DNA from: Octopus sinensis
Lineage: Eukaryota
Direction of reading: 5' to 3'
DNA: 64,000 bases
Assembly: GCF_006345805.1 (NCBI RefSeq)
Contig: NC_043007.1
Coordinates: 63,922,001 to 63,986,000 of the forward strand
The notes under the pieces are model-generated. The model made no database searches and was not told where the DNA came from. It was given only the letters and a program-made list of their open reading frames with translations. The position numbers and the translations under genes are program-made. Positions 56,699-64,000 of this stretch are shown here, in pieces (positions within the stretch are counted from its first letter, which is position 1; each line of letters starts with the position of its first letter).

Positions 56699-56792
56699 AT
56701 CAGCTCACAGCACCACCTGTGAGATGCAAGCATTTCAGAGTAGTTATTTCCTCTTCAGTCACAGAAACCAGGCAGTGGTGCTGCAAGCTGAT
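56699..56792 (-). ncRNA. Extended type I hammerhead ribozyme
   Basis: atcagcttgcagcaccac-tgcctggttt-ctgtga-CTGAAGA-gga aataactac tct-GAAA-tgcttgca-TC-tcacag-gtggtgctgtgagctgat; core intact, 6-bp plus 18-bp stem I. Confidence 0.85.
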
Positions 56793-58829
56793 AAAAGAGA
56801 CAATTTCTCTTATGTTTTTCCAGTCAACATAGGTTGGCTGGTAGTACAAATCGATGGTACATCGTAATTACGATGAGCCATCAAATATACACACACACAC
56901 ATACACCAAGTGTAGTGTATAAGTCTCTGTTTTGTGTTTGTCTTCCATGCCTCGACAACTAGCGTTGGTCTATTTTACTTCCCTGTAACTTAGCAAAGAA
57001 GACTGATAGACTAAGTACCAGACTTGGAAAAGATAATAAGTTCTGGGGTTGATGTGTTCAACTAAACCCTTCAAGATGGGATGGTGTCCTAGCATGGCTG
57101 CAGTCTAATGACTAAAACCAGTAAAAGAATAAAAGCCATTTGTGGATGTTGAGACACTGCACTAACACTTTTGTCCAGATTTGTTTGTTTTTTATTTATT
57201 TATCCTTTTTGCAGATAAGTTAGATCATTTAGATATGTGATACTTGATATGATAACTTGATTTTCATTTGATTAGTAGTCTATTATTGGACCTCCAATAT
57301 TTGTTTGCACACAAACTGTCTGGAAGCTTAAAATACACAAGGAATAACTTGATCAGAATATATGACACATTCAGTGGAGGAAAGGAATATTCCACATTTT
57401 ACAAATTTGGCACAAAAGCCATTTAAAGTTTTCCTAACATATTTTATGAGTTAGTGAATTATTTACAGGCATGGCTGTGTGGTAAGAAGTTTTCTTCCCT
57501 ACTACATGGTTCCAGGTTCAATCCCACAGCATGGTACGTTAGCCAAGAGTCTTCTATTACAGCTTTGGGCCAACCAAAACTTTGTGAGTGGATTTGGTTG
57601 ATGGAAGTTGAAAAAAGTTAATCGAGTGTATGTGTGTGTGTATATAATGATGATAACAATAATAATAATAAAAGCAAAATTCTGTCTATCCATCTGGGTC
57701 CCCTATATCTCAGTCTACATTTGCTCTACATAGACATATTATACCATTTTGGAATCAGGATGATCTCAGGATTGAAAATCTGACCATTTGGTTCTTGACC
57801 ATCCAGCATTGGGATCTGATTTAAAAGCATTTGGATTGCTATTTCTAACAGCTAAAGCTCCAGTTGATTCACACCATCTTGGTGACATTTGTCAGATGAT
57901 GTCAGAGGTCAAGAGGGTGATAAATGATATTCACTTCATTAATTTTACATTAAGATAAGAACATTGGGACAAATTGGCCAACAGTTGGAATTCGACTTGG
58001 TACTGGAGCAGTAGAATGATTGCATTACAGAATTAATTCTCATTTGTCCTTAATTTCTGATCAAACACCACCAGGGCATATAGTCATTATAGACGTATTG
58101 TAGTCGTGCTATTTAGCTCTCTTTAGTTTGGTGCTGCAAGCCCAATTAGCCTTCCACATGAGCTAGCTTAAAAGTCTACCCCCATGTAGACTTTTAAGCT
58201 ACTATTAAATAAATACGAAAAGAAACACACTCTAGATTTAGAGCAGTAATACTTAGAAGGTTGACTGCTATGGCCGGTCAGAGAATGATAATTGGTTTTG
58301 CACTTATAATATAGCTGGTTTATAAATTTGATTATGAGAGTGTGAAAGTGTAAACATTGATTGGAAACTGCATATTTTTTTTGTAAAATTAATGTAACTT
58401 CACAACACATCTAAAAAAAAACAGATAAAAGGAACCTGCAAAATAGAAAACAGGATAAAAGTTCATCACATACTTACGCCAAACAAACTTAATTATCAAA
58501 TGGCTATTTGTCTCCATGTTTAGAATCCTCCATGCCCATCCCTTACTTGTCTTTTACTGAACAGCCATCTTAAATTTCAGTGTGAAAGAGTATGAATGAA
58601 ATTTAATTTTTTTTGTTTTGCATGGATAAAGCTGAAGTTTTAAATATATGTTTGAAATAAAAAATGTAATTTTTGAAATTTTGTTGGATATTCCATTATT
58701 TCACTGAATGCTTCGTATATGTCTTGGGTGCCTAAACGAATTAGTAAAAGCATAGTTCATGCTACCAAGCCATGCTCACTTGCGAGTGATGACTATGACT
58801 TTTCTTTTAACGTATATATATATATAATA

Positions 58830-58860
<31 letters not shown>

Positions 58861-59232
58861 GTAATACTAAGTGATTAAGGGTTTAGCAACGATTTGCCTC
58901 ACCACACACCGAGTTTAGAAATAGCAGTCAAAGAGTTATAGCTATTCTTTCTACTAAAAGGGAGATCTCAGTAAAACCACAGCACTTAGAAGGCAAACGC
59001 AGGTAAGAGAGAAAGAAATGACGACAATCATACAATATTAAGTCACCTACGGACGTACGTTTCGAAATTAAGTTTTAGGAAAGCATAAGAATTAGATAAT
59101 TATGTCTTACCCAATTATTTTTCTCATCAGCGTAGGACACTACAATTATGAATAATTGTATATTAAATTTGGAGGTACTAGAAGACATCACCTCAACTCA
59201 TAGAATGAGAGCATTAACAATATTGCTTTCAC

Positions 59233-59286
<54 letters not shown>

Positions 59287-59313
59287 GTGAAAGCAATATT
59301 GTTAATGCTCTCA
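58861..59313 (-). mobile_element. Non-autonomous Penelope-like element in (TA)n with hammerhead and terminal fold-back
   Basis: Flanked by TA runs; hammerhead 59046-59136; perfect palindrome 59206-59313. Confidence 0.6.
59046..59136 (-). ncRNA. Type I hammerhead ribozyme with long loop II and palindromic helix III
   Basis: cctacg-CTGATGA-gaaa..52 nt..tttc-GAAAC-gtac-GTC-cgtagg; predicted cleavage between 59052 and 59051. Confidence 0.85.
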
Positions 59314-59339
59314 ACAACAGCAAACCTACAACCATATCT

Positions 59340-59760
59340 AATATGCAAATCTATTGAAACTGCCTTCTTATGGCCTCATCTCATGTCTCTTGGATTGATA
59401 GCTTCTTATGACTGTTGCGACATATGCCAACAGAGCTCTTTCTGTTCCTTTCTTCTATCAACTTTAGCAATTCAGCTTTGTCCACCCCCACTCTCTTCCT
59501 TCTATACATCAATGACCTATGTCACATACAACAATGCTCACTTTTGTGCAGATGATACTATCCTTCATTCTTTACTAACCTTCCTCAACCATTTATTGTC
59601 CTCATGCAACCTGCACACCTCACACAAAACCCACACTGAACAGGTATCCTGAAAGTGTATTCTAGTGAAGCTATGCCAGTTTTGTCTCTTTCAATAGCAA
59701 GAAAACACAAATGGTACTCATATAATAAAAGCACCATTGCACTATGTTACATTGTTTTCA
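59340..59760 (+). mobile_element. Degraded CR1/L2-type RT fragment
   Basis: PTLFLLYINDL and HFCADDT motifs in adjacent frames. Confidence 0.7.
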
Positions 59761-59819
59761 TGGAAGATTGTTAATGAAGGACTCCACTTATATGACAGTA
59801 ATGCTTGTCTACAGTTATC

Positions 59820-60388
59820 ACCTGCCATTGCTTTCCTACTGCTCAGCAAAGTCTCTGATTTCCAGTTTTTGTGAAATTTATCCTACCATCATACTTGTTA
59901 TTCTCCATTTCTTCTATAGTATCTTAGAATTTAGTTTATTTACTTTTATACCTACTAGTTGTCACTCATCTGTTGTCATTCTTTTGGATGTATCCAGCCC
60001 AATTCCATTTCAGCAACTCTTTATATTTGCTAATGTCATTTAGTTTTATTTGTTCTCAGACCAATTTCATTGTTTTATGGTCTTCCATATTATTCAAAGC
60101 ATAAATACATTTGTGAGCATGTTGAGCTAATAGTTCTTTGTCAGGTTCCATATTTCTGCACCATTGTACTTCAATACAACTTCTTTAAAATTATCTAAAT
60201 TTTTAGCCCCATATTTTGGATTTCTAATACACATTCCATTCAGTTCACTCTCTAAATTTTGCCAGGTGAACTTTTCCTGAATTTGTTTATTGTTCCAGAC
60301 TGGATTTGAATTTAGATCCTTTATTTCTAAACAAAACATATCAACATCCTTATCCACTAAACCACTGATACAGATAGAAAATTGGAAT
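59820..60388 (-). mobile_element. Old RTE-like LINE 3' part (target of the young RTE)
   Basis: VLKYNGAEIWNLTK and LKWNWAGYI motifs, equivalent to YGAETWTLTK and LKWxWAGH. Confidence 0.6.
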
Positions 60389-60613
60389 TCATCATCATCA
60401 TCATCATCATCGTTTAACATCCGTTTTCCGCGCTAGCACGGGTTGGACAGTTCAACCGGGGTCTGGGAAGCCAGGGGCTGCACCAGGCTCCAGTCTGATC
60501 TGGCAGAGTTTCTACAGCTGGATGCCCTTCCTAACGCCAACCACTCCGCGAGTGTAGTGGGTGCTTTTTACGTGCCACCTGCACAGGTGCCGGGGGGGGG
60601 GATCGGGGGGTCA

Positions 60614-60862
60614 GGCATCGGCCACGATCAGTTGGAGCTTTTAACGTGCCACAGGCACGGAAGCCAGCCAAGGCGACGCTGGCAACGGCCACGTTCGGAT
60701 GGTGTTTTTTATGTGCCATCGGCACAGAAGCCAGTCGAGGCGGCGCTGGCATCGGCCACATTCGGATGGTGCTTTTTATGTGCTACCGGCACAGAAGCCA
60801 GTTGAGGCGGCGCTGGCAACGGCCACGTTGAGATGGTGCATTTTATGTGCCACCGGCACAGG
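60614..60862. repeat. 67-bp tandem array in the RTE 3' UTR
   Basis: Units start at 60614, 60681, 60748 and 60815. Confidence 0.9.
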
Positions 60863-60990
60863 TATCACAACTACTATTTCCATTGATATTTATTTCAATG
60901 TTCATGTTCATGTTCTTGTACTTGACTCAACAGGTCTCCTCAAGCACAGCGGGACGTTCTGGAATCCAGGGTACTTTGAATGGGCAGGGG

Positions 60991-63316
60991 CTATGCGGTA
61001 CTGGTGCAGGAAGCAGCCCGGGTCTTTGCAGTCACAGCATATCTCCAGAGATCTCGGTCCTTCGCCATTGCCTCAGTGAGGCCCAACACTCTGAGGTCAT
61101 GCTTGACTACATCATCCCATGTCTTCCTGGGTCTACCTCTCCCCCTGATACCTTCAACCTTTTGGGAGTGGCACTTCTTCACACATCTCTCCTCATCCAT
61201 CTGCAGTACATGACCATACCATCGCAAGCGTCGCTCTTGCACACCACATCTGATGCTTCTTATGTCCAGCATTTCTCTCAGGGTGCTTACACTTTGTCGT
61301 GCGTGCACACTGACATTATACATCCAGCGGATCATGCTAGCTTCATTTCTTTCAAGTCTACGCATGTCCTCTGCAGTCACAGCCCATGTTTCACTACCGT
61401 GAAGCATGGCAGTTCGCACACATGCATCATACAATCTACCTTTCACTCTGAGCGAGAGACCCTTTGTCGCCAGTAGGGGTAGGAGCTTTCTGAACTCTGC
61501 CCGGGCTATTCGTATTCTAGTGGTGATACTCTCTGAGCATCCACCTCCACTACTAACTTGGTCACCCAGGTAGCAGAAACTATCAACTACTTCTAGTTTC
61601 TCCCCCTGGAGTGTGATGGAATCTGTTTTCTGAGTGTCTGTGGTGTCTATTGTCCCTGTGCATCTGCCGCACATGAAAGCTATCTTATCAGTTAATTTCC
61701 CTTTGATGTTGCTGCACCTCTTATGCGTCCATAGCTAACATTGGGTGCATCTTATGGAGTTTCTACCTACACCTTTCCTACAGCTCAAGCAGGGCCACCT
61801 GCCCGAGGGTGTGTGTGCTGAGTTCGCCTTTCTGCTTACTATAACTTTGGTCTTTGCTACATTTACTCTAAGGCCCTTTGATTCTAACCCTTGCTTCCAC
61901 ACCCGAAATTTCTTTTCTAGTTCCGGTAGTGATTCTGCTATGAGAGCCAGGTCATCAGCATAGAAGAGCTCCCAGGGGCATCCTGTTTTGAATTCCTCTG
62001 TTATTGCCTGGAGGACTATGATGAATAAAAGGGGACTGAGGGCTGAGCCTTGGTGTACTCCTACTTCTACCCGGAATTCTTCACTATATTCGTTGCCAAT
62101 CCTAACCTTGCTGACAGCCTCTCTGTATAGAGCCTGTACAGCCCTTATTAGCCATTCGTCAATCTCCAGTGTCCGCATCGACCACCAGATAAGGGATCGG
62201 GGGACCTTGTCAAAGGCCTTCTCCAAGTCCACAAAAGCTATGTAGAGGGGTTTATCTTTAGCTAGGTACTTCTCCTGCAGTTGTCGGACCAGGAATATAG
62301 CATCAGTGGTGCTTCTACCCGGCACAAAACCGAACTGCATCTCATCTAAGCAAATTCTCTCCCTAATGAGATGGGTTATGACCCTCTCTGTGACCTTCAT
62401 CACCTGATCCAACAGTTTAATACCCCTGTAGTTATTTCTATCTAGAGCATCACCCTTACCCTTGTAGCAGTTGACTATGGTGCTGCTACGCCACTCATTG
62501 GGTATGACTCCATTATGAACTACCTGGTTTACAATGCGGGTGACTAGGCCATAGCCCACATAGCCAGCTGTTTTAAGCATCTCAGCAGTGATTCCTGATG
62601 GGCCGGAGGCTTTACCTGGTTTCATATCCTTAATTGCCTTAACTACAAGGGAGCTATCTATTCGGATAGCTGGTCCCTCTACTGGGTCAACATTTTGCAG
62701 GCTCTCCTCCTCCCATTCATTCTCCTCATTCAGCAGTCTTTCATAATGGCTTCTCCAAGCCTCTTTCTTTTCACCAACATTAAGAGCAAGTGCCCCATCA
62801 TCCATGCGGACACATTTCTCTCCTGTAACATCACTATTTTCTCTCTCACACTGTCTGGCAATCCGAAATACCTCAGCTCTTTGGTCCTCACATCGCTAGA
62901 CATTGGAAAACTTCTTTTCTACTACATCTTTGGCTATGTATACCTGCCACCCAGCCTCCCTTTTGGCTACCTGGTACAGTTCCCTGCTACCCCCATCCCT
63001 CCAGGCTTTCCAGGCCTGTCTCTTTGCACTAATGGCTTTGTCTACTGCACTATTCCACCACCACGTAACTCTAGGTCTGGAAGGGACTTTGCACCATCCA
63101 CAGACTTGGTCTGTGGCCCTCAGCAAGCTGTCCCGTAGAAATTCCCAGCTACCTTCTATGTCTGACGTCTGAAGCTCCTCCTCCCTCTCATCAAATTTCT
63201 TGATGAGGATGTCCCTAAATCTCTGACCATGTGATGGGTTCTTTAGCTTCCAAATCCTTCTTTTCTGGATTGGTTTGTTTCTTGGAGTCCTTCTGGCCTC
63301 AAGCTTAAAGTCACTA
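60991..63316 (-). pseudogene. RTE ORF2 reverse transcriptase with PHD-type finger; two in-frame stops (62896-62898, 61735-61737), no frameshifts
   Basis: NYRGIKLL, QFGFVPGRSTTDAIF, FVDLEKAFD, GVHQGSALSPLLF, YADD, YLG, RLRWYGHV; the three track ORFs share one frame. Confidence 0.95.
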
Positions 63317-64000
63317 TTATTATGATAATTTAAATTGTTGCAATACATTAGCTCATTTAGATTACTTGTTTATCAATAAGTACTATTCAGCCTTATCTCT
63401 CAGTGGTAGTATCCACTAAATGTTATTCATTAATTAATCACCACACCTGGAAACAAGTACAGCAACCTAAACTGTATTGCTTTCACGCAACAGGTCTCTC
63501 ATATTGAAAGGAGACCAAGTTTATATTAAAATTTGTATTTTTGAGGCACTGCCAGAGTCAAATCTTTGCAGTAGCTGTAAAACTAGGTCTCTACAGACTG
63601 AAAGCATCCATAATGTGAATGTATTTGATAACTGGTATCTGAGAAGTATATATTGCATATTCATCACTGTGGTCATATGTTGGTGTGTGATCTCTAAACA
63701 GGTTACTTTCTCTCATCACTACCATCTATACTCAAACCCATTGTCTTTACTAGATGGTCTGCATGTGTCAACATCCTCTGGACACCTTTATTTGTGCTGT
63801 TATGAATCTAATCAAATCTGATTAGGTAAAATGTCTATTGTGGGTTATAGGTGTAGGTCATCAAAGCAGACCTTACATTAATCATTGATCCAGTCTCTGC
63901 TGATAGAACACAAAGTTTATCTGACTTAACCAGCAATTGTTGGGTATTGTAATTGTTAAGGTGACTGTTTCATCTAAAGATGTTGGCTGAACCTTTAAGA

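Larger units (their letters stand above)
60390..63316 (-). mobile_element. Young 5'-truncated RTE-clade LINE
   Basis: ORF2 from the end of the APE domain through RT to the C-terminus; 3' UTR with 67-bp tandem array, terminal hairpin and (GAT)n tail. Confidence 0.95.

Noticed and set aside
60614-60862. CRISPR-like appearance of regularly spaced palindromic repeats
   Set aside because: Whole 67-bp units are repeated, there are no unique spacers or cas genes, and the context is a eukaryotic LINE UTR.
60443-63172. Plus-strand ORFs overlapping the RTE (e.g. 60847-61476, 62695-63138)
   Set aside because: Antisense shadows of ORF2 or UTR tandem repeats, with no recognisable motifs.

Overview
AT-rich, repeat-dominated eukaryotic DNA. 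The SINE, RTE-tail and microsatellite repertoire points to an octopod cephalopod (Octopus-like; inferred). Almost all ORFs in the supplied track are microsatellite or low-complexity artefacts. The only host coding sequence I can support is one 138-bp, phase-1/phase-1 exon of XRCC3 (47463-47600, +). The rest is intronic or intergenic and holds nested transposon debris: a young 5'-truncated RTE LINE with a PHD-type finger in ORF2, several mariner/Tc1 copies, hAT and piggyBac MITEs, a Merlin-like element, Gypsy, Tigger, CR1, BovB and R4/Dong remnants, many tRNA-SINEs and a U6 retrocopy fused to a SINE. The most striking unannotated signal is five different type-I hammerhead ribozyme loci (about 11.2, 17.0/18.0, 55.1/55.7, 56.7 and 59.1 kb). 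They include a Penelope element whose terminal repeat couples a tRNA-like Pol III promoter to a hammerhead, a ~356-bp tandem retrozyme-like unit, and an apparently intact extended hammerhead. All calls were made by eye; no searches or folding programs were run.
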